64,000 nt of DNA from positions 640,001-704,000 of the forward strand of contig CAWAWS010000039.1 of NCBI GenBank assembly GCA_963785725.1, written 5' to 3'. Both the position numbers and the translations under genes were made by a program. The notes below the pieces were generated by a model that was not told the DNA's origin, did not search any database, and saw only the letters and a program-made list of their open reading frames with translations. Shown piece after piece: positions 26,445-36,441 of this stretch (its first letter is position 1; each line of letters begins with the position of its first letter). This DNA comes from an uncultured delta proteobacterium. GTDB taxonomy: Bacteria > Myxococcota_A > Polyangia > Palsa-1104.

Positions 26445-29432
26445 CTACCCGGCGCGCGGCAAGTCGATGATGAAGACGGCGCGGTCGCTGCGCTCGCGGA
26501 TTTCGAGCGTGCCGCCGTGCCGATTCACGATATCGCGCGCCACGGCCAAGCCGAGGCCGGTGCCGATTCCGGGCGGCTTCGTCGTGAAGAAGGGCTCGAA
26601 GATTCGCTCGCGCAGCTCCGTCGGCACGCCCGGGCCGCTGTCGGCCACTTCGACGACGACGCGCCCATCCCGCGTGTGGCTCGCGACCTCGACCCAGCCG
26701 CCTTGCCCGGCCGCATGCGCCGCGTTTTCCACGAGGTTCGTCACGACCTGGACGAGCAGCGGCGGCGCGCAGCGAATCGGCGTCGTCGCGCCCACGTTGT
26801 CGCGCAGCTCGATGCCGCGCAGCGCCGGCGCCACCAGCGACAGCGCCCGCTGCATGACGTCGCCGAGCGGCACCGTGCGCAGCTCGAGCTCGCCGCCGCG
26901 CCGAAACCCGAGCAGCTGCTTCGACAACGACGAAATCTGCTCGGCGCATCCCGCGAGCACCTCGAGCAGCTGTCCCGATCCCGACTCCGGCGACGTCAGC
27001 TCAGGCGGCAAGAGCTCGCGCAGCGGCGGGATGGCGTTGACGATGCCGTTCGCCGGGTTGCGCAGCTCGTGCGCGAGCCCCGCCGACAAGGTGCCCAACC
27101 CCGCCAATTTCTCGGCCTCATGCAAGCGCAGCGCGAGGTTGCGAATCTCCAGCTGCGCCCGCACGCGCGCTTTGAGCTCCTTCGGATCGAAGGGCTTGAC
27201 GACATAGTCGACGGCGCCCGCGTCGAGGCCGGTCAGGCGATCTTTCAGATCGGCCAACGCCGAGAGCATGACCACGGGCGCGAGGCCATTGCCCGGCAGC
27301 GCGCGGAAACGCCGCGTCAGCTCGACGCCGTTCATCTTCGGCATATCGATATCGGTGACGAGCAGGTGCGGCCGATGACGCATGGCCAAATCCAACGCCG
27401 CCGCACCGTCGAGCGCGACGAGCACGCGATAGTCCTGCGACAACAGCTCGGCCGTCCATGCGGCCAACGACGGCTCGTCCTCGGCGAGCAAGATCGTCTC
27501 CGCCCCTTCGTCGGTGCGCCCGACGACGGCGCCGCTGGCGATGGCCGCCGTGCTGTGGCCGAAGTCGCCCGGACGCAGCCGCGGCGAGCCGACCGCGACC
27601 GGCCGCGCCTGCGACGCCGGCAGCAAGACGTGAAACGAGGTCCCGTGCGGCGCCAGACGCTGCACCGAGACGCCGCCGCCCTGCGCGACGGTCAGCTCCT
27701 TGACGAGCGACAAGCCGATGCCGCTGCCGCCGCGCGCCTGCGCCGGCTCGTGGCCCTGCTCGAAGCGACCGAACAGGCGCGACATCAGGTCGTCATCGAT
27801 ACCTATACCGGTATCACTAACCGCGATCGCGATGTGCTCGCCGACTTGCGCCACCGACAACGTGATACGGCCGCCGCGCGGCGTGTACTTGAGCGCGTTC
27901 GACAACAGGTTGGACACGATGCGCTCGACGGCGACCGCGTCCGCCAGCGCCGTGCAGCCGGGCGCGATCTCGGCCGCGAGCACGACCTCGTTGCTCTCGA
28001 TGCCGGGCCGCCACGTCGTCGCCAGCGTGTCGAGCAGCTCGGAGATGTCGATCGGCTCCGGCTTCAACCGCAGCGACTGCGCTTCACCGGCGGCCAAGAG
28101 CAGCAGCTCGTCGACGAGCCTGAGGAGCTTGCGCGCCGACACTTCGATCGATCGCAGCCCGCGCCCCGACGCGACATCGAGCGCCGTGCGACTCTCGATA
28201 TCGCGCACCGCCAACAGAATGAGCGACAACGGCGTGCGAATCTCGTGGCTGATATTGGCGAAGATACGTTCGCGCGCGTTATGCGCCTCTTCCAATGCGG
28301 TTACCGTGGCCGCCAATGAATCGTGCGCGGAGCGCAATTCCGCGGTGCGCCGCTCGACGCGCTGCTCGAGGTCCTTCTGATAGTCGGCCAGCGCGCGATA
28401 GGCGAAGGCGTTATCGAGCGTAATGGCGATGGTCGGCGCCAACAGCTCGAGCAGCGTGTGCGCGTCGGTGCGATCGGCCCCTTCGCGCAGATCGGCCCGC
28501 AATTCGCCGACGAGATGGCCGCGACCGGACAGACCCAGCGTCAGCCGCTCGGCGCCGGCGGCGGCCTCGCCCGTGCTGGCGCGCTCGATCGCGTGCGGCG
28601 CGTCCGACGGCGCGACCTCCAGCGCCGCTGCCGCATAGCTGGGCGTGGCGACGAGCGCGTGCACGATCGCCGCCGCCGTCGTCAGCGGATCGCGCTCGCT
28701 CCAGATGCGCTGACCGAAGCGATACGCCGTATCGAGCAGGCTACGCTGTCGCTCCAGCGCCGTCTTCGTCTCCTGCAGCTGGTCGAAACGCTCGCGCAGC
28801 GTCTCGTGCGCCTCTTTGAGCTCCTTTGCCGCCGCTTGCACGGTGAACGGCCAGCTCACGGCGCGCAGCGCCCGCCCGGTCAGCGACGTGCGCCGCGGGA
28901 CGAAGATATGGAAGCGCCCGCCGCGCGGCAGGCGCGACAAGGTCACCTTCGCCTCCGGATAGCCGAGCAGACGCGGCATCTCGATCATGTTTCCGGCGGA
29001 AACGACCATGAATTCCCACGAGACGTCGTAGCCTTCGGGCAGCTCGAGGTCGAGCTCGCACTCGGTCTCGGAGATGTCGCGATGCGTGGGGATGATGCAA
29101 GTAAACATCTGGTTACCGGCGCCGCTCTTGGGCTTGTTGGCCCAGCGGTAGAACTCCATCGGCGTGAACAGCAAGCGGCCGACGACGAAGACGAAGCGCA
29201 TCGAGGGCGAGCGAAAGTGGGTGCGGCCGATCTCGATGAGGTCGTCTTCGCTGAAGATGCGGCCCAGGTTGCGCATGATGGCGCACATCTCGGCCCAGTC
29301 GATGCGCTCCTGCTTATCGCGTAGTCGGGCGACTTTGACCGAGGTGCCTTCGGTCATGCGATAGGCGGGGATGCCGCGCTGAGCGAGCGGCCCGAAGAAC
29401 ATGCTGAAGACGCGACAGGAGACTTCTCGCAT
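26445..29432 (-). CDS. Hybrid histidine kinase: N-terminal sensor, HisKA-HATPase, REC, second HisKA-HATPase
   Basis: SHEIRTPL/NALKYT/DTGIG, LVTDIDMP, AHELRNP/DSGPG/FEPFFTTK/GTGLGL. Start is MREVSCRV, 3 bp after the methyltransferase stop. Confidence 0.92.
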   Translation of the reverse strand: MREVSCRVFSMFFGPLAQRGIPAYRMTEGTSVKVARLRDKQERIDWAEMCAIMRNLGRIFSEDDLIEIGRTHFRSPSMRFVFVVGRLLFTPMEFYRWANKPKSGAGNQMFTCIIPTHRDISETECELDLELPEGYDVSWEFMVVSAGNMIEMPRLLGYPEAKVTLSRLPRGGRFHIFVPRRTSLTGRALRAVSWPFTVQAAAKELKEAHETLRERFDQLQETKTALERQRSLLDTAYRFGQRIWSERDPLTTAAAIVHALVATPSYAAAALEVAPSDAPHAIERASTGEAAAGAERLTLGLSGRGHLVGELRADLREGADRTDAHTLLELLAPTIAITLDNAFAYRALADYQKDLEQRVERRTAELRSAHDSLAATVTALEEAHNARERIFANISHEIRTPLSLILLAVRDIESRTALDVASGRGLRSIEVSARKLLRLVDELLLLAAGEAQSLRLKPEPIDISELLDTLATTWRPGIESNEVVLAAEIAPGCTALADAVAVERIVSNLLSNALKYTPRGGRITLSVAQVGEHIAIAVSDTGIGIDDDLMSRLFGRFEQGHEPAQARGGSGIGLSLVKELTVAQGGGVSVQRLAPHGTSFHVLLPASQARPVAVGSPRLRPGDFGHSTAAIASGAVVGRTDEGAETILLAEDEPSLAAWTAELLSQDYRVLVALDGAAALDLAMRHRPHLLVTDIDMPKMNGVELTRRFRALPGNGLAPVVMLSALADLKDRLTGLDAGAVDYVVKPFDPKELKARVRAQLEIRNLALRLHEAEKLAGLGTLSAGLAHELRNPANGIVNAIPPLRELLPPELTSPESGSGQLLEVLAGCAEQISSLSKQLLGFRRGGELELRTVPLGDVMQRALSLVAPALRGIELRDNVGATTPIRCAPPLLVQVVTNLVENAAHAAGQGGWVEVASHTRDGRVVVEVADSGPGVPTELRERIFEPFFTTKPPGIGTGLGLAVARDIVNRHGGTLEIRERSDRAVFIIDLPRAG

Positions 29433-29434
29433 GG

Positions 29435-30211
29435 TTACGCCGGTGCGCGGCCCCACGCGGCGACAATGATGACGGCTGTCATCGTAAAGCCGGGCGTGCG
29501 AAATGCGGTCATCGCCGTCTCCAGCTCGGCGGCCGTGAGCGCGCCGGCGGCGACCAGCTTGTCGGCGATGTGCTCGACGCTGAGGCGCACGAAGTCCATG
29601 CTCGGCGTGGCCGAGGCCATCATCGGCGCGCGCGCGTCGTGGCCGCGCTCGGCGAGGCCGGCCGCGGCCAAGCCGGCGGGCAGGGCGATGCCGTATGCGG
29701 CGTCGGCGCCCGAGCGGCGTAGGCCGACGGCCATCGCGTCCAGCACCTTGGTCCACACCGGCAGCGGCGGGAAACAGGCGGCGTGCGGCGTGATGGCGTC
29801 CTCGAGGACGAGCCAGCCGCCCGGCCGCACGGCGCGCGCCAGCGACGCCAGCACCGCATCACGCGCCGGTATGTGCTGCAAGACGGCGCGCGCGTGTACG
29901 AGATCGTAGGCGCCGGTTTCGGGCGGTTTTTGCGCGATGTCCTCGCAGCGCACTTCGATGCCTTGTTGCGCGAGCGGCTCCAAGTAACGCGCGTCGAGGT
30001 CGGTGGCGACGACGTGGCCCGTCGGGCCCACTTGCTGCGCCATCCAGCGGGCGACGGTGCCGCTGCCGGCGCCGACTTCCAGGCAGCGCCAGCCGGCGCC
30101 GAGGCCGCGATCGCGCAAGTGACGAAACGTGCCCGGGTCGCACAGCGAGCCGAGCGCGTCGAGGCGCTGTTTCTCGCGCTCCCAGGCTTGGTCGAACACA
30201 TAATGGCTCAT
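29435..30211 (-). CDS. Class I SAM-dependent methyltransferase
   Basis: CLEVGAGSG, VVATDLD, YDLVHARAVLQH, RPGGWLVLED. Confidence 0.9.
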   Translation of the reverse strand: MSHYVFDQAWEREKQRLDALGSLCDPGTFRHLRDRGLGAGWRCLEVGAGSGTVARWMAQQVGPTGHVVATDLDARYLEPLAQQGIEVRCEDIAQKPPETGAYDLVHARAVLQHIPARDAVLASLARAVRPGGWLVLEDAITPHAACFPPLPVWTKVLDAMAVGLRRSGADAAYGIALPAGLAAAGLAERGHDARAPMMASATPSMDFVRLSVEHIADKLVAAGALTAAELETAMTAFRTPGFTMTAVIIVAAWGRAPA

Positions 30212-30366
30212 GCAACCTCGGCCAATCAGCGTGGCAGGATATAATATCGGATATGAGGAGCGCGGTCGATGGCGGCGTAGCCCAACGTAAACGGCCGCGA
30301 GCGAATCACTGCTCCGTGCATCGAGGTGAAGGGCAGTGAATGTCGGTGCAAAGCGCGCGGGCGGCG

Positions 30367-30432
30367 TTGTGTAGTGAACGCTATTGAATGGGCGCGGCGG
30401 CGGACACGAATAGTGTAATGAGCGCTATTGAA
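30367..30432. promoter_or_regulatory. Two direct copies of a TetR-type operator-like motif
   Basis: TTGTGTAGTGAACGCTATTGAA (30367-88) and TAGTGTAATGAGCGCTATTGAA (30411-32), 44 bp apart. Confidence 0.6.
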
Positions 30433-30518
30433 TGGCGTGGCGAGCGAGCGGGCACGATGGCGAGGCGGGGTGGTCATGATGGGGCGAGCGCGTCACGATC
30501 GCGGGGAGTGGGGACGTT

Positions 30519-30896
30519 TTGCAGATTCATCAGCATAAGACGCAACAGATCGTCGAGGTGACGTACAAGCCGGTGCCGGTGACGGCGTTGGCGCACGCCA
30601 CGTATACGATCAAGATGAAGCAGATCATCGAGAGCCAGGTGGGCGCCTGGGCGCTGCTCGTCGATCAACGGCTGCTCGATCATGTCGACGACAAGCTGAA
30701 GGACAAGATGTTGGCGCTCTATGCGTTCGCGGCGCGGCGCGGGATGGTGCGTTCGGCGCGGGTCGTGCGGTCGCATGAAGACGTGCAGCGCCTGTCCGAT
30801 ATTCTGCAGGGCACGAATTTGCAGCGCATCGTCGGCGTCTTCACGAAGCGGCAAGAGGCGTTCGATTGGCTGGTCGAAGCGCTGGCCAGGCCCTAA
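30519..30896 (+). CDS. Hypothetical protein, STAS/SEC14 (SpoIIAA-like) type
   Basis: High-GC3 frame; WALLVDQR and C-terminal VFTKRQEAFDWL pattern. TTG start. Confidence 0.6.
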   Translation: MQIHQHKTQQIVEVTYKPVPVTALAHATYTIKMKQIIESQVGAWALLVDQRLLDHVDDKLKDKMLALYAFAARRGMVRSARVVRSHEDVQRLSDILQGTNLQRIVGVFTKRQEAFDWLVEALARP

Positions 30897-31118
30897 TCGA
30901 CCCCGATATCGCGAATATTCGGCACCGTGATCTTCAGTCCGTGTCGCGCGATTGGATGACTAGCCATCGAGCGAGGCTCATGCCGATATCGGCTCGTTCA
31001 CGCGTGACGTCGCGCGCGCTGAATCCCCGCTGAATCCGGTGCACGGCGCTGCTTACGTGAATGACGAACGGTAGGAATATCGAGCGGAGCGGCCGCAAAC
31101 GGCCGTTGACGACGCGTT

Positions 31119-32120
31119 TCAGCCGAATCCGGCGACCGGATGCGGCACGTAGGCGGCTTCGAGCGCGCGAACCTCTTCGCCGCCGAGCTTCACCGCGAGC
31201 GCGGCGACGGCGTCTTCGAGATGCTGCATCTTCGTGGCGCCGATGATCGGCGACGTCACGCCGCGCTTTTGCAGCAGCCACGCCAGCGCCACCTGCGCGT
31301 GCGGCAACTTGTGCGCCTTGACGACGCCGTCGAGCGCCTGCTGCACGCGCGCGTCCGCGTCCTCCATCGACGCATAGAGCCGCTTGCCGAAGCCGTCGGT
31401 CTCGCTGCGCGTCGTCTTGCCGGCCTCGGGCGCGCGCGCCAAACGACCGCGCGCCAGCGGGCTCCACGGAATCATCCCGACGCCTTGATCCAAACAGAGC
31501 GGCGCCATTTCCCGCTCCTCTTCGCGATAGAGCAGATTCCAATGGTTTTGCATCGACACGAACCGCGTCCAGCCGTGCTTTTCCGCGACGTGCTGCGCTT
31601 TGGCGAACTGCCAGGCCCACATCGAGGACGCACCCAAATAGCGCGCTTTGCCGGCTTTGACGACGTCATGCAGCGCTTCCATCGTCTCTTCGATCGGCGT
31701 CGCGTCGTCCCAACGATGGATTTGATAGAGGTCGATATAGTCGGTGCCGAGCCGTTTCAGGCTGGCGTCGACTTCATGCATGATCGCTTGTCGCGATGAG
31801 CCGCGTCCGTTCGGCCCCGGCCGCATCACGTTGAACACTTTGGTGGCGATGACGACGTCTTCGCGGCGGGCGAAGCTCTTGAGCGCGCGCCCCGTAATCT
31901 CTTCGCTGGCGCCGAACGAATATACATTGGCGGTATCGAAGAAGTTGATTCCGAGCTCGAGCGCGCGCTTGAAAAATGGGCGCGATTCTTCCTCACGCAA
32001 TGCCCATTTCCAGCCTAGCGCTTCGCCGGGAATCTTGGCGTCGGGATCGCCGTAGCTCATGCAGCCGAGGCAGATCCGCGAGACATTGAGACCAGTGTTG
32101 CCGAGTCGCTGATACTCCAT
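31119..32120 (-). CDS. Aldo/keto reductase (YajO-like)
   Basis: LGCMSYG, FFDTANVY, IATKV, SLKRLGTDYIDLYQIHR, PWSPLARG. AGGAG RBS. Confidence 0.95.
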   Translation of the reverse strand: MEYQRLGNTGLNVSRICLGCMSYGDPDAKIPGEALGWKWALREEESRPFFKRALELGINFFDTANVYSFGASEEITGRALKSFARREDVVIATKVFNVMRPGPNGRGSSRQAIMHEVDASLKRLGTDYIDLYQIHRWDDATPIEETMEALHDVVKAGKARYLGASSMWAWQFAKAQHVAEKHGWTRFVSMQNHWNLLYREEEREMAPLCLDQGVGMIPWSPLARGRLARAPEAGKTTRSETDGFGKRLYASMEDADARVQQALDGVVKAHKLPHAQVALAWLLQKRGVTSPIIGATKMQHLEDAVAALAVKLGGEEVRALEAAYVPHPVAGFG

Positions 32121-32258
32121 AGGGAGCTCCTTTCGGCGCGTGCGTGCGGCGCATAGCCTACCGCATTCGCGCGCCGCGGCCACTCACCGTCGGGCGACTG
32201 CCGTCAGCGCTGCCACGACCGAGTGGCGGCTTCGCGGCTGCGTGGTCGCGGTGCCGTC

Positions 32259-32636
32259 TCAGCGCTTGTGCACGACCTCGATACTATAGCCGTCGGGATC
32301 GAGCACGTCGGCGGCGTAATAACCGGGATAGTATTCGTGACGAATGCGCGGCGAAATATTGTCTCTCGCGCCTGCCGCCAAGGCGACCTGATAGAACCGA
32401 TCGACTTCTCCCACGCTGCGGGCAACGAAGGCGAAGTGCACGGCTTCCGGGTGTGGCTTACCGCGCTTGAGCCAAAAGAAGCCGCGCTTGCCATCGCCGA
32501 AACCCTTTAAATCGGGATGATCGCCCTTCCCTTCGAAGTCGAGAAAGTGGCTTATTCCTAGCGGAGCGAGCGCCTTTTCATAGAAGGAAGCCGAGCGCTT
32601 CATATCGCCGACGGTGAGGATGATGTGATCCAACAT
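32259..32636 (-). CDS. VOC/glyoxalase-family protein
   Basis: MLDHIILTV, FYEKALAPLG, HFAFVA, YYAADVLDPDGYSIEVV. Confidence 0.9.
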   Translation of the reverse strand: MLDHIILTVGDMKRSASFYEKALAPLGISHFLDFEGKGDHPDLKGFGDGKRGFFWLKRGKPHPEAVHFAFVARSVGEVDRFYQVALAAGARDNISPRIRHEYYPGYYAADVLDPDGYSIEVVHKR

Positions 32637-32686
32637 TGGAGCTCCTTTCGAGTCGTCGCCAGAATGCGATCGAGTAGGCGAGTCGG

Positions 32687-33559
32687 TCATGTCGATTGCG
32701 TGGTGAGCAGCGGTCGCAGCAGTGTTTCGATCGACGCGCGGGCCTCGACGCGGCGGTGCGTGCCTTCGAATGCCAGCGCGCCACCGCAGATGCCGGCGAT
32801 CATCTCCACATAAAGATGAGCGAGATCGGCCGTGAATCCGAGGCCCGCGAGCATCGGGGGCACGGCGTCGAGGGCGATTTCGTCGACGCGGATCGGCTTA
32901 TCGAGGATCCGTCCGAGAACGGACGCAATCTGCGCGTGTGACAGCGGCGAGCCGAGCTCGACGACGTCGTTGCCCGCCGCGTGGTCGAGGAGCAGCTCGG
33001 CGGCCAGCTGTCCGGCATCTCGCGTACCGACCATCGGAATGCTCAGGTGGCCGGGAAAGAACGAAGGCAAAACGCCGGTCTCCTTGGCGACACCCACTAA
33101 CAGGATGACATTTTCATAGAAGTATCCGGCGCGAATGGCCGATAGACGCAGCCCGGGAATGGCACCGAGGAGCCGTTCGGCATAATGAAGACCCGCAAGC
33201 GGTCCGCTATCTCGGTCGCGATGGGCGGCGAAGCCGGAGAGAAAGACGGCGCGTGGGATGTGGCTCTCGGCAATGGCTTGGGCGAACGTGCGCGCAACGC
33301 TCTCTTGGTAATGACGCTGGCTCGGCGCCGCGAAGTTCGGCGGGATCAGCAGATACGCGCCGGCCGCGCCGGCGAGCGCGCGCGTGAGCTCGGTCGCGCG
33401 GTCGAGGTCGGCGAGCGCGACTTCAGCGCCGCGCGTCTTCCAGCTCGCGGCTTCGGATGAGTCGCGTAGAATGACGCGTACCTTCGCGCCTCGCGCGCGG
33501 AGCGTCTCGGCGGCGACTCGACCGGTGTTTCCGTTAGCACCGGCAATAGCAAATGTCAT
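32687..33559 (-). CDS. NmrA-family NAD(P)-binding protein
   Basis: MTFAIAGANGNTG, GAEVALADL, IRAGYFYEN, PMVGTRDAG. GAGG RBS. Confidence 0.85.
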   Translation of the reverse strand: MTFAIAGANGNTGRVAAETLRARGAKVRVILRDSSEAASWKTRGAEVALADLDRATELTRALAGAAGAYLLIPPNFAAPSQRHYQESVARTFAQAIAESHIPRAVFLSGFAAHRDRDSGPLAGLHYAERLLGAIPGLRLSAIRAGYFYENVILLVGVAKETGVLPSFFPGHLSIPMVGTRDAGQLAAELLLDHAAGNDVVELGSPLSHAQIASVLGRILDKPIRVDEIALDAVPPMLAGLGFTADLAHLYVEMIAGICGGALAFEGTHRRVEARASIETLLRPLLTTQST

Positions 33560-33790
33560 AAGGACCTCTTCGTAGTTAGATCGGTAATCGAGATCAGCTC
33601 GGTCGCCCGTGCAGCCGCGGGATCTGCTCAGTTGTGGCTGGGTCGCGAATCGCAACGGCATTCCTCGGCCCCGCGCCGAGCCGTCCGGCCTCCTCGTGAA
33701 ACCTGGTCGAGGATTCGTTCAGCTCGCCTCGTCGGAAGGAGCGTGCCGGCGCGGGTCCGGTTTGACCAATGCAATGACCGCGCATGTACT

Positions 33791-34759
33791 ATGCATCGCA
33801 TGCATATCTCGGGCATCGATCTGAACCTGGCGGTGGTGCTGCGCGCGCTGCTCGACGAGCGGAATGTGTCGCGAGCGGCGCGCAAGCTCGGGCTCAGCCA
33901 GTCGGCCACGAGTCACGCGCTCGGTCGGCTGCGCGATTTGGTGCAGGATCCTCTCTTCGTGCGCACTCGCGCCGGCCTGGTCCCGACGGTGCGCGCCGAG
34001 GCGATGGCGAGCGCCGTCCGGTCGGCCGTGAGCGCGCTCGAGACCTCGCTCTTTGCGCCACCGCCGTTCGAGCCGCTGACGCTCGCGCGCACCTTTCGAG
34101 TGCGGCCCAGCGACTATGTGGAATTTCTCATCGTGCCTCGCTTACTCGAACGCTTGGCGAAGGTCGCGCCGCATGTGGACTTGTGGGCGCGACCCGCGGT
34201 CATCGAGCCCACCGTGGCGCTGGAAACGGGGCAGCTCGATTTACTCGTTCAACCGACGCGCACCGCCGAGCCGACCAGTGGGCTCCACGTCGAAAGGCTG
34301 TGGGCGGATCATTTCGTGGGCGTGATGCGGCGCGGGCATCCACTCGCGAAAGGCCGGCTCACGCTCGAGCGCTTCGCGGCGGCGAGCCATGCCTTGGTGG
34401 CGCCTACGGGGCAGCCCGGCGGCATCGTCGAGGATGCGCTGGCAAAGCACGGGCTGTCGCGCCGCATTGCCTTTACGACACCGAGCTTCCTGGTCGCGCC
34501 ACAAGTCGTCGCGGCGACCGATCTCTTACTCATCATGCCGGAGCGCGTCGCCGCGGCGATCGCACGAACGTCGCAGTTGGTGCTGTTCAAGCCGCCGCTC
34601 GCGCTCCCCGGCTTCGACGTCGCGATGTTTTGGCACGGTCGACACGACTCGGATGCGGCGCATCGATTTATTCGCGGCGAGATTGCGCGCGTCGCGGCGG
34701 CGCTGCCCAGACCGTCGCCGTCCCGGTCGCAGCGGACGCGGAAAGCAAAGTCCAACTAA
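33791..34759 (+). CDS. LysR-family regulator (NodD/LeuO/DntR-like)
   Basis: IDLNLAVVLRALLDERNVSRAA...SQSATSHALGRLR..DPLFVR. Dyad ATGCATCGCATGCAT overlaps the start; divergent from the NmrA gene. Confidence 0.93.
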   Translation: MHRMHISGIDLNLAVVLRALLDERNVSRAARKLGLSQSATSHALGRLRDLVQDPLFVRTRAGLVPTVRAEAMASAVRSAVSALETSLFAPPPFEPLTLARTFRVRPSDYVEFLIVPRLLERLAKVAPHVDLWARPAVIEPTVALETGQLDLLVQPTRTAEPTSGLHVERLWADHFVGVMRRGHPLAKGRLTLERFAAASHALVAPTGQPGGIVEDALAKHGLSRRIAFTTPSFLVAPQVVAATDLLLIMPERVAAAIARTSQLVLFKPPLALPGFDVAMFWHGRHDSDAAHRFIRGEIARVAAALPRPSPSRSQRTRKAKSN

Positions 34760-34823
34760 GGATTCGCTCGATGGACCGCTCTGCCGGCATGCGCCGACGA
34801 TGAGATGGTATCAAATGATACGA

Positions 34824-36239
34824 TTAGTCGTTCGGCGGCGAATTGGCGCAGGTGACCGGCGCGCCCGTGTCATCGACGAGCGCTTCGCGCCCCGGCCCGC
34901 ACGCCGGCGGCATCGCGGCCCCCAGCGCCAGCGACGCGATCCAGCCGTTGACGTAGTCGGCCCGCGCGCCGACGGCGCCGTCGTGCGTCGCGCCCGCGAC
35001 GATGCACACCGTGTCGTTCGCGCCGTCGCTGGCGAGCCGATCGAAGCCGCAGGTCTCGAAGTCACTGGGAATCCACTCGTCCATATCGCCATAAACGACG
35101 AGCACCGGAACTTTCGTCGCGGCCGCCGTCAAATGCGGCCGATCGGCGGCATAGCGCGCCATCCATGTCGTGCACACCGCGGACGCGCAATCGACATCGA
35201 GCGCCGCCGGATCGGCGACGGCGGAGATGAACGCCGGATCATACAAGTCGTTCGCCGACGTCCCGAGCGCCGCCAACTGCGATTCATTGGGATCACACGT
35301 GCCATCGAAGAACGTGCGAATGGCGTCGCGCTTGGCGGCCGCGAATAAATCCACGCCATGGCCGGGACCATCGAGCAACTCCGCGTGCGAATAATGGTAC
35401 CAAACGCTCGCCGCCACGGTATCGGCCTGCGTCGATAACGGATACAGCTCGGGGACGGCGAGAATGGCGCCGAAGCTGCGCATGCTGAACCACGACGGCG
35501 CATAGGCGACGACGCCCACCACCGTTCCGCCGCTGTCGTGCGTCGACTCCAGCGCCAGCGCGCTCAATACCGCGTGGCCGCCTTGCGAGTGGCCGACCAA
35601 GATGACGTCATCGGAGAAGAGCGCCGGCTGCAGGTTTCGGAGGGCGCGCGCGGCGTCGAGCGTGCTGAACGCTTCATCGGCGGCGGCGTGATATCCCGAC
35701 GGCGGATCATGCGCGGCGCCGAAGCCCGCGAAGCCGGCGTAATCGGGCAATATCACCGCATATCCGGCGCCGACGAGCGGATAACCCAATTCGGCCAAAT
35801 AGGTATCGTCGGCCGTCGGCATCTCCTGCGACGGCGGACAGGCGGCGGCTTCACCGACGGTGCCGTGCGCGACGACGACGACCGGCAAGGTCGCGGCGCG
35901 CGGCGTATCGGGAATGAGCGCGACGGCGCTGGAGAACCCGGCGCGCGCCGGTGTCGTGCCGCGCTCGGTGCGAAACGACAGGCGAATGAGCGCGAAGCCG
36001 CTACTTAATGTCGATCCGACGTAACCAGCGCTGCGCGCGAGTCGGTCGACGTCGGCGGCCGCGAGCGTGCCGTCGTGCGCGCAGCGGACCAGATCGCCGT
36101 CATGCGCGGGCAGTGCGCCGGGATCGGCATACGTGCTCGCCGCCGAATCCGTGCAGAGGTTCGACGCCGGCGCCACGCTCGAGTGACAGCCGGCGGCGAG
36201 ACACAGCGCGAGCGCGCCCAACCCATGGCTGCGATGCAT
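34824..36239 (-). CDS. Secretory lipase-type alpha/beta hydrolase lipoprotein
   Basis: Lipobox AAGC; AHGTVG, PDYAG, GHSQGG, YG..DEWIP, GATHD. Confidence 0.85.
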   Translation of the reverse strand: MHRSHGLGALALCLAAGCHSSVAPASNLCTDSAASTYADPGALPAHDGDLVRCAHDGTLAAADVDRLARSAGYVGSTLSSGFALIRLSFRTERGTTPARAGFSSAVALIPDTPRAATLPVVVVAHGTVGEAAACPPSQEMPTADDTYLAELGYPLVGAGYAVILPDYAGFAGFGAAHDPPSGYHAAADEAFSTLDAARALRNLQPALFSDDVILVGHSQGGHAVLSALALESTHDSGGTVVGVVAYAPSWFSMRSFGAILAVPELYPLSTQADTVAASVWYHYSHAELLDGPGHGVDLFAAAKRDAIRTFFDGTCDPNESQLAALGTSANDLYDPAFISAVADPAALDVDCASAVCTTWMARYAADRPHLTAAATKVPVLVVYGDMDEWIPSDFETCGFDRLASDGANDTVCIVAGATHDGAVGARADYVNGWIASLALGAAMPPACGPGREALVDDTGAPVTCANSPPND

Positions 36240-36441
36240 GGGCGCAGCTTACGCAACCTCGCGCCGTTCGTGCATATCCCGTGCGAAATTTCGCAAGCGA
36301 TGACGATGAAGCCGCTAGCGTGACTGTCGTAAACGACGTGGGTCGCCCGCGCGTCGAGAAGCGCCGCCGATAGGTTCCCGAAATGATCGTCACGAGGTGG
36401 CAGCGCGGAGATTCGTGGCGGATCGTTGCATCGGCGGGCGC

